63,203 bases of DNA, taken from NCBI GenBank assembly GCA_016214265.1, contig JACROU010000023.1:1-63203 (forward strand), read 5' to 3'. Every line of letters starts with the position of its first letter. Position 1 is the stretch's first letter. The position numbers and the translations under genes are program-made. The notes beneath the pieces were generated by a model. It saw only the letters and a list, made by a program, of their open reading frames with translations, did no database searches and was not told where the DNA came from. Of the stretch, positions 9,776-20,252 are shown piece after piece. The stretch comes from Candidatus Omnitrophota bacterium (lineage in GTDB: Bacteria > Omnitrophota > Omnitrophia > Omnitrophales > JACROU01).

Positions 9776-12700
9776 TGCCAAAACGAACGGATATTAAAAA
9801 AATTCTCATCATCGGTTCCGGTCCGATCATCATCGGTCAGGCCTGTGAATTCGACTATTCCGGAACTCAAGCCTGCAAGGCGCTGAAAGAGGAAGGCTAC
9901 GAGGTGGTGCTCATTAATTCCAATCCCGCCACGATTATGACCGACCCCGGAGTCGCGGACCGAACTTACATTGAGCCCGTTACGCCAGAGTTTCTTGAAA
10001 AAGTGATTGAGCGGGAGCGGCCGGACGCGTGTCTTCCGACGATGGGCGGCCAGACCGGTTTGAACGTGGCGATTGAAACCTGGGACAAAGGTATTTTTGA
10101 AAAATATGGAGTTGAGTTGATCGGTGCGGATTACAAAGCGATTAAGAAGGCCGAGAACCGGGAAGAATTTAAAAAGGCGATGAAAAAAATCGGGCTCGAT
10201 CTTCCTCGGAGCCATTTTGCTTACTCGGTCGAAGAGGCGGAGAAAGTCGCGGATCAAATCGGTTATCCCGTCGTGGTGCGCCCCAGCTTCACACTTGGCG
10301 GATCCGGAAGCGGCATCTGTTTTAACCGGGAAGAATTGGCTCGTGTCGCCCGGCTTGGGTTGGAGTACAGCCTGACGCATGAAGTCTTGATCGAAGAATC
10401 CGTGCTTGGCTGGAAAGAGTACGAGATGGAAGTGATGCGCGACACGAAAGACAACGTCGTCATCATCTGCTCGATCGAAAATTTTGATGCGATGGGCATT
10501 CACACGGGTGACTCGATCACGGTCGCGCCGGCGCAGACGCTGACCGATAAAGAATATCAGCGGATGCGGGATGCCTCGATCGCCGTCATTCGGGAAATCG
10601 GTGTGGCGACGGGCGGATCGAATATTCAGTTTGCCGTTGATCCCAAAAATGGGCGCATGGTGGTGATCGAAATGAATCCGCGTGTGTCCAGGTCCAGCGC
10701 GCTGGCGTCGAAAGCAACGGGTTTTCCGATCGCCAAATTTGCCGCCAAACTCGCGGTGGGTTACACGCTCGATGAAATTCCGAACGATATCACCAAATAC
10801 ACGCCGGCCTCGTTTGAGCCGACCATCGATTATTGTGTCGTCAAAATTCCGCGATTTGCCTTCGAGAAATTTGAAGGTGTGGATGATACGCTATCCACGC
10901 AGATGAAGTCGGTCGGCGAGACGATGGCCATCGGGCGGACTTTCAAAGAGGCGTTCCAGAAAGGATTGCGGGGGCTTGAAACAAAACGATTCGGTTTCGG
11001 CGCGGACGGAAAAGATGAGGTGTTTGGGCAAAAGCTTGATACCCGCGAAAAATATCTTCAATTTGTCCGGGACATCAAGACCGATGAGCGATTGAAGGGG
11101 AAAATTCTATCGTTTATCTCGAAACCGAAAGCTGATCGGCCCTTTTATCTAAAGTACGCGCTTCAAGCGGGGCTAACCACCGAACAAATTTTCCAAGCCT
11201 GCTACATCGATCCTTGGTTTCTTGAGAATTTGAGGCAGATTGTTGATTTTGAGTCAGAGCTGATCGGTTTCTCGGAAAAAGGAATTGAGCATCTGGATCA
11301 CTTCATTCTTCGAAAAGCAAAACGGTACGGGTTTTCGGATAAACAGCTGGCGTTTTTATTCCAAACGACGGAACTGAAGGCGCGAAGATTCCGCGAGAAA
11401 ATCGGAATCAAACCGGTTTTTAAGCTGGTGGATACTTGTGCTGCGGAGTTCAAAGCCTACACGCCTTATTTTTACTCCACGTACGAGGAAGACAATGATG
11501 TGGCTCCGTCCACCAAGAAAAAAGTGGTGATTCTTGGCGGAGGGCCGAATCGAATCGGGCAGGGAATTGAATTCGACTACTGCTGCGTTCAGGCCGTGTT
11601 CGCACTCAAAGATATGGGCATAGAAACCATTATGGTGAATTCGAATCCTGAAACCGTGAGTACCGATTATGATACTTCGGACAAACTATATTTTGAACCG
11701 CTCACTCTGGAAGATGTTCTGAATATTGTGGAATACGAAAAACCGATGGGTGTGATTGTTCAATTGGGCGGACAGACACCGCTTAATCTCTGCAAATCGC
11801 TGGAAGAAAACGGTGTCACGATTCTCGGAACTTCGGTGGCTTCCATTGATATTGCGGAAGACCGGGATAAATTTAAAAAATTGCTGCATCACATCAATCT
11901 CAAACAACCCGCCAATGACATCGCGTTTTCCGAAGCGGACGCGATTCGAGCCGCGAATAAAATTGGATATCCGGTGGTGGTTCGGCCGTCGTACGTGCTC
12001 GGCGGGCGGGCGATGGAAATTGCCTATGATGAGGATTTCCTTCTGAAATATATGAAGACCGCGGTCGAAGCCAGTGGCGAACATCCCGTTCTGATCGATA
12101 AATTTCTGGAAAACGCGACGGAAGTCGATGTGGACATGATCGCGGATGGTGAGACTCAGGTGGTGGGCGGAATTTTGGAACACGTCGAAGAGGCGGGCAT
12201 TCATTCGGGCGACAGTGCTTGCTGTATTCCGCCGTTTTCACTTCCGGCGAAATTGGTTGATGAGCTCCGTGAGAAAACCAAACAGCTGGCCAAAGAGCTG
12301 AAGGTTAAAGGTCTGATGAATGTTCAATATGCCATTCAAAACGGGGAGATTTTTTGTCTTGAAGTCAATCCTCGCGCCAGCCGAACGGTTCCTTTTATCA
12401 GCAAAGCCATTGGCGTACCGCTCGCTAAATTGGCGGCAAAGGTGATGGGTGGAGAGTCGCTGAAAGATCTGGGCTTCACACAGGAAGTGACGCCAAAGCA
12501 TTTCTCCGTGAAAGAATCCGTGTTTCCGTTTATCAAATTTCCGGGCGTCGATATTATTTTGTCGCCGGAAATGAAATCGACCGGAGAAGTGATGGGGATT
12601 GATGATGATTTTGGGCAAGCTTTCTATAAATCCCAAGACGCCGCGTCGTCCCGGCTTCCAAGTTCGGGAACTGTATTTATCAGTGTGAAGGATAATGAGA

Positions 12701-13131
12701 AACCGCGCATTTTGCCAATCGCCCGGAAGCTTCATGAATTAGGATTTGAGCTGATTGCCACGAAAGGCACTTGCGCCTTTTTAAATGCGGAGAATGTGCC
12801 GGCAAAGCCTGTCCTGAAACTGGTCGAAGGTCGTCCGAATATCGGAGACACGATTAAAAACGGCGGCGTTCAGCTGATCATCAATCGCCCGATTGGGAAG
12901 GGGCCGATGCTGGACGAGGCGAAGATTCGGTCGCTGGCCGTGTCCTTCAAGATTCCGTGCATCACGACAATTGAAGGCGCGAAATGCGCCATTCTCGCGT
13001 TGGAAAGTGTCCGCACCAAAGGCGTTTCCGTCAGGAGTATTCAGGAATACCATGCCAGTGGCGTTTGTCATTCCCGCGAAGGCGGGAATCCATCTCCCAA
13101 GGTGTTAAAATTGGACCCCCACAATGGCTGA
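9775..13131 (+). CDS. carB: carbamoyl-phosphate synthase large subunit
   Basis: Duplicated ATP-grasp halves ([21 protein letters not shown] and [20 protein letters not shown]) and an MGS-like C-terminus. The last ~23 codons run through a palindromic element and are probably not native C-terminus. Confidence 0.9.
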   Translation: MPKRTDIKKILIIGSGPIIIGQACEFDYSGTQACKALKEEGYEVVLINSNPATIMTDPGVADRTYIEPVTPEFLEKVIERERPDACLPTMGGQTGLNVAIETWDKGIFEKYGVELIGADYKAIKKAENREEFKKAMKKIGLDLPRSHFAYSVEEAEKVADQIGYPVVVRPSFTLGGSGSGICFNREELARVARLGLEYSLTHEVLIEESVLGWKEYEMEVMRDTKDNVVIICSIENFDAMGIHTGDSITVAPAQTLTDKEYQRMRDASIAVIREIGVATGGSNIQFAVDPKNGRMVVIEMNPRVSRSSALASKATGFPIAKFAAKLAVGYTLDEIPNDITKYTPASFEPTIDYCVVKIPRFAFEKFEGVDDTLSTQMKSVGETMAIGRTFKEAFQKGLRGLETKRFGFGADGKDEVFGQKLDTREKYLQFVRDIKTDERLKGKILSFISKPKADRPFYLKYALQAGLTTEQIFQACYIDPWFLENLRQIVDFESELIGFSEKGIEHLDHFILRKAKRYGFSDKQLAFLFQTTELKARRFREKIGIKPVFKLVDTCAAEFKAYTPYFYSTYEEDNDVAPSTKKKVVILGGGPNRIGQGIEFDYCCVQAVFALKDMGIETIMVNSNPETVSTDYDTSDKLYFEPLTLEDVLNIVEYEKPMGVIVQLGGQTPLNLCKSLEENGVTILGTSVASIDIAEDRDKFKKLLHHINLKQPANDIAFSEADAIRAANKIGYPVVVRPSYVLGGRAMEIAYDEDFLLKYMKTAVEASGEHPVLIDKFLENATEVDVDMIADGETQVVGGILEHVEEAGIHSGDSACCIPPFSLPAKLVDELREKTKQLAKELKVKGLMNVQYAIQNGEIFCLEVNPRASRTVPFISKAIGVPLAKLAAKVMGGESLKDLGFTQEVTPKHFSVKESVFPFIKFPGVDIILSPEMKSTGEVMGIDDDFGQAFYKSQDAASSRLPSSGTVFISVKDNEKPRILPIARKLHELGFELIATKGTCAFLNAENVPAKPVLKLVEGRPNIGDTIKNGGVQLIINRPIGKGPMLDEAKIRSLAVSFKIPCITTIEGAKCAILALESVRTKGVSVRSIQEYHASGVCHSREGGNPSPKVLKLDPHNG
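13070..13089. repeat. REP-like perfect palindrome ATTCCCGC-GAAG-GCGGGAAT
   Basis: 8-bp arms and a 4-nt loop, read directly. It lies inside the 3' tail of the carB ORF. Confidence 0.8.
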
Positions 13132-13459
13132 AGTGCGGATAAAGTCATTCAAGAAGTTCTGGCCGGCTTATGTACTGGCTCATCAGGATAAGCGGAATCA
13201 GGCCATGCATTTTTTGGCGATTTTATTCTCGTTTATTCTCGGTGGAGTGTTTACGATAACGCACAACTTTTTATTTTTGGTGGCGTTGCCATTCGTTTCT
13301 TTCGGTCTGGGTATCGTGGGACACCTGATTCAGCAAGGCAGTCTTCCGAAAACGTCGAGGCAGCCTATTTTTTCACTGGTCGCTGATCATAAAATGTTCT
13401 TCCTGATTCTATTCGGAAAAATGGGCCGGGAAGTTGAAAAAGCAAAGCTGTCGGCATAA
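13124..13459 (+). CDS. small membrane protein, DUF962/Mpo1-like
   Basis: [21 protein letters not shown] followed by two to three hydrophobic helices. Overlaps the carB stop. Confidence 0.55.
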   Translation: MAEVRIKSFKKFWPAYVLAHQDKRNQAMHFLAILFSFILGGVFTITHNFLFLVALPFVSFGLGIVGHLIQQGSLPKTSRQPIFSLVADHKMFFLILFGKMGREVEKAKLSA

Positions 13460-13472
13460 GAAAAAATCCTTT

Positions 13473-14246
13473 ATGTATGATATCCGGGTAACCGTAAAAC
13501 AAAACAAGCGTGTCTCTGACGGACTTTGGGTGCTTTCCTATCACGCGCCTAAAACGGTCAAGAAAATTCTTCCCGGACAATTCCTTCAATTCCGTCTCAC
13601 GAGTTCCACGGATCCTTTTCTTCGCCGGCCGTTCAGTGCCTACAAAATCAAAGGAGATGTTATCGAAGTGCTCTATGAGCCCGTCGGTGTTGGCACTCGG
13701 CTGATGAGTCAGATGAAGCCCGGAGATGAATTTTGTTCGCTTGGCCCGCTTGGAAATTCGTTTACTCCCGTCAAAAAGAAAAAGGTACTGATGGTGGGCG
13801 GCGGGGTCGGCGCGGCGCCGCTTGTTTTTATGGCTGAGCGTCATGTCTACGACAAAATGCTGCTCGGATTCCGGAATAAATCGGTGGTGCTCCCAAAATC
13901 TGAAGCGCCGGGTTCCAAATCAAATTGGATTTATGCCACCAATGATGGTTCCGTCGGACACAAAGGCTTCGTCACCGAGTTGTTGGAGGGTATATTAAAG
14001 GAAGGCGATCCGAAGCAATATTTTATCTATTCCTGCGGACCTAAGCCGATGTTGTACGAAGTCGCCCGGATTGCCAGAAAATACAAAGTTGACGGGGAAC
14101 TGTCACTGGAAGAACGCATGGGCTGCGGCGTCGGGGCGTGCCTCGGCTGTGTCGTTGAAACCCAGGATGGGTATGTTGCCTCATGCAAATCCGGACCCGT
14201 TTTCTCGATTAAAGATTTGACGTTGGAAGGATTGAAAAGTGAGTAA
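13473..14246 (+). CDS. pyrK: dihydroorotate dehydrogenase (class 1B) electron-transfer subunit
   Basis: RRPFS FAD-binding motif, GGGVGAAP, and the C-terminal 2Fe-2S motif CGVGACLGCVV. ATG 13473 avoids overlap with the upstream ORF. Confidence 0.85.
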   Translation: MYDIRVTVKQNKRVSDGLWVLSYHAPKTVKKILPGQFLQFRLTSSTDPFLRRPFSAYKIKGDVIEVLYEPVGVGTRLMSQMKPGDEFCSLGPLGNSFTPVKKKKVLMVGGGVGAAPLVFMAERHVYDKMLLGFRNKSVVLPKSEAPGSKSNWIYATNDGSVGHKGFVTELLEGILKEGDPKQYFIYSCGPKPMLYEVARIARKYKVDGELSLEERMGCGVGACLGCVVETQDGYVASCKSGPVFSIKDLTLEGLKSE

Positions 14247-15180
14247 GATTAATCTGTCAGTCAAAATTGGTAAGGTGGCCTTCAAAAATCCAGTTACCGT
14301 GGCGTCCGGCACTTTTGGCAATACGAATGAGTATGAGCCGTACGTGGATTTTTCGCGCCTCGGCGCGTTTGTGACGAAGACGATTACGCTCAAGAAGCGC
14401 GTCGGCAATCCGATGCCGCGTATCGCCGAGACTCCGAGCGGCATGCTGAACGCGATCGGACTCGAGAATAAAGGCCTCGAGGATTATGTCGAGAATAAAA
14501 TTCCGTATCTCGCCAAAATCAAAACGCATCTGATTACCAGCATCGCTGCGTCTGGTCCAGAAGAATTTGTTAAAATGGTGAAGGTGCTCGATAAGCAAAA
14601 AGTGGTCACGGCCATTGAACTCAATCTGTCTTGTCCGAATATTCGCGGAAAAGGGATTCAGTTTGCCAAGCACGCCGAAGAAGTCGGGCGGATCGTGAAA
14701 TCCGTGAGGGACAACACGTCTAAATTATTAATCACCAAATTATCGCCTGAAATGGGAAATTTTTTCGAGATTGCCGAAATTACGGTCAAATCCGGAACCC
14801 AAGCGCTGAGCTTGATCAACACGATCAAGGGCATGGCCATCGACGTTTACAAACGCAAACCCCGGATTTCCAATGTAACCGGTGGATTGAGCGGTCCCGC
14901 GATTCGCCCGATTGCACTTCGTTATGTTTATGAAGTAAAACGAATGCTGGATATTCCCGTTATTGGAATGGGGGGCATCGCCAACTGGCAGGACGCTGCG
15001 GAATTTATTATTGCCGGCGCGCACATGGTGGCGACCGGGACGGTCAATTTTGTAACCCCCCGCGCATCGATGGATGTGTTGGAGGGGCTTGAGGATTATA
15101 TGAAACGCACGCGAGTTCATTCGATGGATGAACTTCGTGGAAGTTTAAAACTACCGGAGCATATTTTAAAATATGAATAA
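14239..15180 (+). CDS. pyrD: dihydroorotate dehydrogenase catalytic subunit (class 1B)
   Basis: NPV..ASGTFG, NLSCPN and GGLSGPAIRPIALR motifs. GTG start. Confidence 0.9.
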   Translation: MSKINLSVKIGKVAFKNPVTVASGTFGNTNEYEPYVDFSRLGAFVTKTITLKKRVGNPMPRIAETPSGMLNAIGLENKGLEDYVENKIPYLAKIKTHLITSIAASGPEEFVKMVKVLDKQKVVTAIELNLSCPNIRGKGIQFAKHAEEVGRIVKSVRDNTSKLLITKLSPEMGNFFEIAEITVKSGTQALSLINTIKGMAIDVYKRKPRISNVTGGLSGPAIRPIALRYVYEVKRMLDIPVIGMGGIANWQDAAEFIIAGAHMVATGTVNFVTPRASMDVLEGLEDYMKRTRVHSMDELRGSLKLPEHILKYE

Positions 15181-15901
15181 CTACTCGGATCGCAAAGACC
15201 GCGTCATCGTCGCGCTGGATGTTGACGACATTAAGGATTGCAAACGGATACTTTCCAATTTGGAAGGCCAAATTTCAATTTATAAAATCGGCATGGAATT
15301 GTTCACCGCGTGCGGGCCCAAGGTGGTGGATTTGGTGCATCAAACCGGAGCCAAGGTATTCCTTGATTTGAAATTTCACGATATCCCCAACACCGTTGCT
15401 TCCGCGTGCCGCATGGCAACGCGCCTCGGCGTGTTTATGTTGAATGTTCACGCTACGGGCGGGCTTCAAATGATGAAGTGGGCGGCGGAGCATTCCCGTG
15501 CGGAAGCTGATCGGCTGGGCATCGCACCGCCAATTATTCTGGGGGTCACTATTCTGACCAGTTTGAGTGAGCAAGAAATCCGCGACGAAATCGGCATTAA
15601 CCGGCCAATGGCGGAAGAGGTGTTCCATCTGGCAGAGCTCGCGAAAAAGGCGGGGATGGACGGGGTGGTCGCTAGTCCGCTGGAGCTTGAGGTCATCAAA
15701 AAATATGTAGGCAAAGATTTTATTGTTGTGACGCCGGGAATTCGTCCGGCGTGGTATGTGACGGGCAGTGACCAAAAACGTGTGGTCACTCCCAAAATGG
15801 CATTCGATAAGGGCGCGGATTATATTGTCATCGGCCGGCCGATTGTGCAAGATCCGAAACCCTCAGTAGCCTGCGAAAAAGTGTTTGCCGAAATTCAATA
15901 G
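15173..15901 (+). CDS. pyrF: orotidine-5'-phosphate decarboxylase
   Basis: VALDV, FLDLKFHDIPNTV and VIGRPI motifs. Confidence 0.9.
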   Translation: MNNYSDRKDRVIVALDVDDIKDCKRILSNLEGQISIYKIGMELFTACGPKVVDLVHQTGAKVFLDLKFHDIPNTVASACRMATRLGVFMLNVHATGGLQMMKWAAEHSRAEADRLGIAPPIILGVTILTSLSEQEIRDEIGINRPMAEEVFHLAELAKKAGMDGVVASPLELEVIKKYVGKDFIVVTPGIRPAWYVTGSDQKRVVTPKMAFDKGADYIVIGRPIVQDPKPSVACEKVFAEIQ

Positions 15902-15912
15902 AGGATAACTTG

Positions 15913-16374
15913 ATGCTACAAGACAAAGATATTTTAGAACTTTTTAAAAAATCGGAAGCGTTGCTTTCAGGACATTTCGAGCTCACCTCGGGGCTTCACA
16001 GTAATCAATATTTTCAGTGCGCGCTGGTGCTGCAGTATCCGAATTATTGCGAGCTTCTGGCGAAAGGGTTGAAAGAAAAATTCGCTGACTTCCCAAAGCC
16101 CGACAAAGTGATTGGTCCCGCGCTGGGAGGGGTGACGCTGGCGTACGAACTGGCGCGATCGGTGAAAGAAGTGATCGAGCTGATTAAGCGGGAAGGCGCC
16201 GAAGTGATCGCTGTCGGATCTGTTGTGAACCGAAGCTCGCAATCCGTTGATTTTGGAGTTCCATTCCGTTCCCTCATCAAGATGGAAGTTCAAACGTATC
16301 AACCTTCCAATTGCCCGTTGTGCGAGCAGGGAATCCCTGTTTATAAACCGGGAAGCAAAGCCCTCAAAAAATAA
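15913..16374 (+). CDS. pyrE: orotate phosphoribosyltransferase-like, with an in-frame internal deletion that removes the PRPP loop
   Basis: N-terminal GHFELTSGLHSNQYFQCA, GPALGGVTLAYELARS, then directly VKEVIELIKREGAEVIAVGSVVNRS and CPLC..G.P..KPGS. No (V/I)xxxDDxxTTG motif is present. At 153 aa from ATG 15913 (track ORF from TTG 15910: 154 aa) it is shorter than this OPRTase type usually is. Confidence 0.7.
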   Translation: MLQDKDILELFKKSEALLSGHFELTSGLHSNQYFQCALVLQYPNYCELLAKGLKEKFADFPKPDKVIGPALGGVTLAYELARSVKEVIELIKREGAEVIAVGSVVNRSSQSVDFGVPFRSLIKMEVQTYQPSNCPLCEQGIPVYKPGSKALKK

Positions 16375-16393
16375 TTATTTCCCTGAGGATTTT

Positions 16394-17740
16394 ATGGATC
16401 TATTGATTCTTTCCAGAATTCAATTCGCTTTTACCGTTGCCTTTCATTACATTTACCCGCCCCTCACGATCGGTTTGGGCGTGATTCTGGTGATGATGGA
16501 AGCCCTGTATCTGGCTACCAAGAATTCGCTTTATCAGCAGATGGCAAAATTTTGGACTCGTATTTTTGCGCTGACCTTTGCGATAGGTGTAGCTACGGGA
16601 ATTGTGATGGAGTTTGAGTTTGGCACGAACTGGGCCACGTATTCCCGGTACGTCGGGGATATTTTTGGAAGCGCACTGGCGGCGGAAGGAATTTTCGCAT
16701 TCTTCCTCGAATCGGGATTTCTCGCCATCCTTCTTTTTGGCTGGGATAAAGTCGGACCCCGTATGCATTTTTTTTCCACACTGATGGTGGCTTTGGGTGC
16801 CCATTTCAGCGCTGTTTGGATTGTGGTGGCGAACTCTTGGCAGCAAACACCCGCTGGATTTCATATCGTTGGAGAAGGGGTAAATGCGCGCGCTGAAGTT
16901 ACGGATTTTTGGATGATGGTATTTAATCCCTCTTCGATGGATCGGCTTGCCCATACCTTGATGGGTGCTTGGCAGGCTGGGGCGTTTCTCGTGCTCAGTG
17001 TCAGCGCATACTATTTATTAAAAAGGAAGTATGTTGATTTTGCGAAAACCTCGATGAAGATTGGTTTGATTGTCGCTGTCATTGCTTCTGTTCTTCAATT
17101 GGTGACAGGACATTCATCCGCAGTCGGGGTCAGTAAGAATCAGCCCGCGAAGCTTGCCGCGATGGAGGGGCATTTTACAACCGGACCGGGCGCTCTTCAC
17201 TTATTTGGGGCTGTGAACGAGAAAAAGCAAAAGGTTGACGGCGGGATTCAACTCCCCGGAATGTTGAGTTATTTTATTTATGCTGATGCCACAAAACCGG
17301 TTATGGGACTCGATCAATTTCCAAAGAATGATCGACCGCCTTTGAATTTTACTTATCAAATGTTTCACGGGATGGTCTTAATCGGTTTGGTCTTGATCGG
17401 CTTAAGTCTGCTGGGAGTTTTGTTTTGGTGGCGCGGCATGTTATTCACGAATTCGTGGTTGCTTCATATTTTTGTCTGGTCGGTGTTGGGGCCCCAGTTT
17501 GCCAATCAACTGGGCTGGTTTGCTGCGGAAGTCGGACGCCAGCCGTGGATTGTCTACGGGCTTTTGCGAACATCCGATGCGTTGTCAAAAACAGTGACGA
17601 CGAATATGGTTCTAGCCTCGCTGATTATGTTTTCTATTATTTATTTTCTGTTATTTGCTGTTTTTGTTTTTCTGTTGGATCAGAAAATCAAACACGGACC
17701 AGCGGAAGAAGAACATGAATTCAGCCGGCACTATGCCTGA
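16394..17740 (+). CDS. cydA: cytochrome bd ubiquinol oxidase subunit I
   Basis: [28 protein letters not shown]-terminus and the [12 protein letters not shown] motif. ATG 16394 lies 19 nt after pyrE. Confidence 0.9.
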   Translation: MDLLILSRIQFAFTVAFHYIYPPLTIGLGVILVMMEALYLATKNSLYQQMAKFWTRIFALTFAIGVATGIVMEFEFGTNWATYSRYVGDIFGSALAAEGIFAFFLESGFLAILLFGWDKVGPRMHFFSTLMVALGAHFSAVWIVVANSWQQTPAGFHIVGEGVNARAEVTDFWMMVFNPSSMDRLAHTLMGAWQAGAFLVLSVSAYYLLKRKYVDFAKTSMKIGLIVAVIASVLQLVTGHSSAVGVSKNQPAKLAAMEGHFTTGPGALHLFGAVNEKKQKVDGGIQLPGMLSYFIYADATKPVMGLDQFPKNDRPPLNFTYQMFHGMVLIGLVLIGLSLLGVLFWWRGMLFTNSWLLHIFVWSVLGPQFANQLGWFAAEVGRQPWIVYGLLRTSDALSKTVTTNMVLASLIMFSIIYFLLFAVFVFLLDQKIKHGPAEEEHEFSRHYA

Positions 17741-17749
17741 GGTCAAATA

Positions 17750-18772
17750 ATGCATATAGATCTAAATATGATTTGGTTTGGCCTGGTTGGAATTTTGTTC
17801 ACGGGTTACGCCATTCTGGACGGGTTTGATTTAGGTGTGGGGGCTTTGCATCTTCTGACCAAGACAGACGATGAGCGGCGAATTATGCTGAATTCGATAG
17901 GTCCCGTTTGGGACGGCAACGAGGTTTGGTTGGTAACGGGCGGGGGTGCGCTGTTTGCGGCTTTTCCTTCTGTTTATGCCACGGTTTTTTCGGGGTTCTA
18001 CCTTGCTATTTTCCTTCTATTATTTGCCCTCATTTTCCGGGCGGTGGCTATTGAATTCAGAAGTAAACAGCCCATGAAATGGTGGAGAACTATGTGGGAT
18101 ATCAGTTTTAGCGTGGGCAGTATATTCTCGAGTTTTCTGATCGGTGTGGTGCTGGGAAATGTGGCTTGGGGAATTCCGCTTACGGCGGATCATGAATATG
18201 CCGGAAATTTTTTGAGCCTTCTGCATCCGTACGCGCTTCTGATTGGTTTGACTACGGTGGCGCTTTTTATGATGCACGGAGCCATTTACGCCGTGATGAA
18301 GACGGAAGGCGCGCTCCATGACAAAATTTCTTCGTGGGTGAATAATGCTATTATATTTTTTATTATCTGCTACGCAACAGCAACGATGGCGACTTTGCTT
18401 TACGTGCCCCACATGACGGTTTATTTCAAACAACACCCCGTTCTCTTCACTTTGGCATTCGTCAATATGCTTGCTATTGCGAATATTCCGCGTGAAATTC
18501 AAAAGGGAAGGGACTTCTTTGCATTTCTGTCTTCATGTGCGGCTGTTATTACGCTTATGGCTATTTTTGGGATTGGTGTTTTTCCGAATATGGTGGTTTC
18601 AAATCCTAATCCTGAGTACAGCTTGACGATTTACAACTCTGCTTCATCCGCCAAAACCCTTAAAATCATGCTCAACATCGCATTGATGGGCATCCCGCTG
18701 GTTTTAGCTTACACCGTAAGCATCTACTGGATATTCCGCGGCAAAGTCAAACTCGACAAAATGAGCTATTAA
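17750..18772 (+). CDS. cydB: cytochrome bd ubiquinol oxidase subunit II
   Basis: Polytopic protein. The GFDLGVG N-terminal motif is typical of CydB. It follows cydA by 9 nt. Confidence 0.9.
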   Translation: MHIDLNMIWFGLVGILFTGYAILDGFDLGVGALHLLTKTDDERRIMLNSIGPVWDGNEVWLVTGGGALFAAFPSVYATVFSGFYLAIFLLLFALIFRAVAIEFRSKQPMKWWRTMWDISFSVGSIFSSFLIGVVLGNVAWGIPLTADHEYAGNFLSLLHPYALLIGLTTVALFMMHGAIYAVMKTEGALHDKISSWVNNAIIFFIICYATATMATLLYVPHMTVYFKQHPVLFTLAFVNMLAIANIPREIQKGRDFFAFLSSCAAVITLMAIFGIGVFPNMVVSNPNPEYSLTIYNSASSAKTLKIMLNIALMGIPLVLAYTVSIYWIFRGKVKLDKMSY

Positions 18773-18779
18773 TTCTCGC

Positions 18780-18807
18780 TTGACATCAGCATGTCCTATG
18801 TTAAGAT
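18780..18807 (+). promoter_or_regulatory. sigma70-type promoter: TTGACA, 16-nt spacer, TAAGAT
   Basis: TTGACA at 18780-18785 and TAAGAT at 18802-18807, ~55 nt upstream of the fur ATG. Confidence 0.55.
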
Positions 18808-18819
18808 TCTGTCCAATTA

Positions 18820-18840
18820 AGATTTAATCTGAATTAGATT
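18820..18840 (+). promoter_or_regulatory. Overlapping AT-rich palindromes, candidate Fur-family operator
   Basis: AGATT-T-AATCT (18820-18830) overlaps AATCT-GAATT-AGATT (18826-18840). Located just downstream of the -10 element. Confidence 0.45.
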
Positions 18841-18861
18841 TTGTCTGAAACGGAGGTGGGT

Positions 18862-19278
18862 ATGTCTAAAACATTCAAGGCATTGCTGGAGGCGAAAGGG
18901 CTTAAGCTCACCCACGAACGCAGGGTGATTTTTGAGGAAGTGTCGCGCCTTAATGAGCATTTTGACGCCGACAGTCTCTACGACAGGTTCAAGAAAAAAG
19001 GACTTAGGATTTCGCGTGATACTGTTTACCGGACTATCCCACTTCTATTGGAAAGTAATGTTATTCAGAAGTCCGTTGGCGAGGGGAAAAGAGAGTTTTT
19101 TGAACGAACTCCCAGTAAAGGACATCACGATCACATTCTTTGTGTTCAGTGCGGAAAAATTATCGAATTCACTTCGAAGGAAATCGAGTTGCTTCAGGAT
19201 AAGATTTGCGCGAAGTACGGATTTAAATTGACCTTCCACGACCACCGCCTGTTTGGTTATTGCAAGGAATGTCAGTGA
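18862..19278 (+). CDS. fur: Fur-family metalloregulator
   Basis: Winged-helix N-terminus, HHDHILCVQCGKIIEF, and the C-terminal CKEC. GGAGGTG RBS before ATG 18862. Confidence 0.85.
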   Translation: MSKTFKALLEAKGLKLTHERRVIFEEVSRLNEHFDADSLYDRFKKKGLRISRDTVYRTIPLLLESNVIQKSVGEGKREFFERTPSKGHHDHILCVQCGKIIEFTSKEIELLQDKICAKYGFKLTFHDHRLFGYCKECQ

Positions 19279-19310
19279 TCAACTGCCAGCCGAATGAGGT
19301 TAGGTCAGGA

Positions 19311-19430
19311 ATGCGCTTGATTGATTCCAAAAATATTTTTGAAGGAAATCGTGAAGTTTTAATTCAGCATGAGCGCGATGTCTACCGTCTTATCATCACA
19401 AAGTCCGGTAAGCTGGTTTTAAATAAATAG
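19311..19430 (+). CDS. hemP: HemP-family small protein (39 aa)
   Basis: MRLIDSKNIFEGNREVLIQHERDVYRLIITKSGKLVLNK fits the HemP pattern (F.G.REV.I.H....Y.L..T..GKL.L.K). Below the track's size cutoff. AGG..GGA upstream. Confidence 0.6.
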   Translation: MRLIDSKNIFEGNREVLIQHERDVYRLIITKSGKLVLNK

Positions 19431-19499
19431 TCACAAAAACCTTAGCTAGGGATGGGCCACAAGTCAGGTACCCAGCAAACTAAAACGGGAGATGCACCG

Positions 19500-20243
19500 A
19501 TGAAAAAGCTGGGATTGTCTTTTTTTGTTTTGCTATTGATTTTAAGTTTAAATGTGAAGAGTTCGTTTGCGTCTGTTCGTCAATACGTCTGGACGCAGGA
19601 ATATCGCACATTACCAAAAGGGACTGTGGAATTGGAATCTTATACGACATTTAAAGTCCCAAATAGCAAATTTACGAATAGCAACTCGATTGAATACAAG
19701 GGCGAGGTGGAGTATGGACTTACGGATCGTTTAAACCTGGCGCATTACGAAAACTGGCAGACAAATAATCGTCGTGGCCTGGATGACTCCACGGTTTATA
19801 CCGGATTTAAGTTTGAAGGAAAGTATCGCCTGTTGGACAAAGGAAAGCTTCCGGTTGATATTCTGCTTTATTTTGAAATTGAGGACAATGTGCAGAATAA
19901 GAATCATCCGCTTAAGTTGGAAGAGAAACTGATTGTTTCCAAAGATTTTAAAAAACTGAATGTTGTTTATAACCAGATCCTTGAATCGGATTTGGGACAG
20001 GATGGCCGGACTGAGCCGGGATTTTCGTTTGCGACAAAATACGAACTGTTCCCCAGCTTTTATGCAGGCTGTGAATTTTTCGGCAATTATTGGGAGCCCA
20101 GTTCTCATCGCAATAAACTTTCCATTGGTCCTACGATTGCCTGGGAGAACCAATGGTTTTGGGTAACGATGGGCGTTGCATTTGGCGCGAATAATGCGGC
20201 GGATGATTTTCAAGGGCGAGTTATCGTCGGTTTCGAATTTTAG
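19500..20243 (+). CDS. outer-membrane beta-barrel protein, unknown family
   Basis: Signal peptide MKKLGLSFFVLLLILSLNVKSSFA, alternating amphipathic strands, and a C-terminal ...VIVGFEF with terminal Phe. Confidence 0.6.
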   Translation: MKKLGLSFFVLLLILSLNVKSSFASVRQYVWTQEYRTLPKGTVELESYTTFKVPNSKFTNSNSIEYKGEVEYGLTDRLNLAHYENWQTNNRRGLDDSTVYTGFKFEGKYRLLDKGKLPVDILLYFEIEDNVQNKNHPLKLEEKLIVSKDFKKLNVVYNQILESDLGQDGRTEPGFSFATKYELFPSFYAGCEFFGNYWEPSSHRNKLSIGPTIAWENQWFWVTMGVAFGANNAADDFQGRVIVGFEF

Positions 20244-20252
20244 GAGAAGATC

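Noticed and set aside
9772-10503. 243-aa minus-strand ORF, plus similar long antisense ORFs (4844..5530, 5807..6247, 6357..6911, 11686..12204, 12238..12735, 15275..15850, 35119..35724, 42365..43060, 45392..45967)
   Set aside because: Each lies wholly inside a strongly supported gene on the opposite strand. Each has a low-complexity, Arg/His/Phe-rich composition and no recognisable motifs. These are shadow ORFs.
16374-16394. A functional link between pyrE and cydAB, based on the 19-nt spacing
   Set aside because: Tight spacing alone, in a gene-dense genome, is weak evidence. I know of no shared pathway, and there is no regulatory element between them to analyse.
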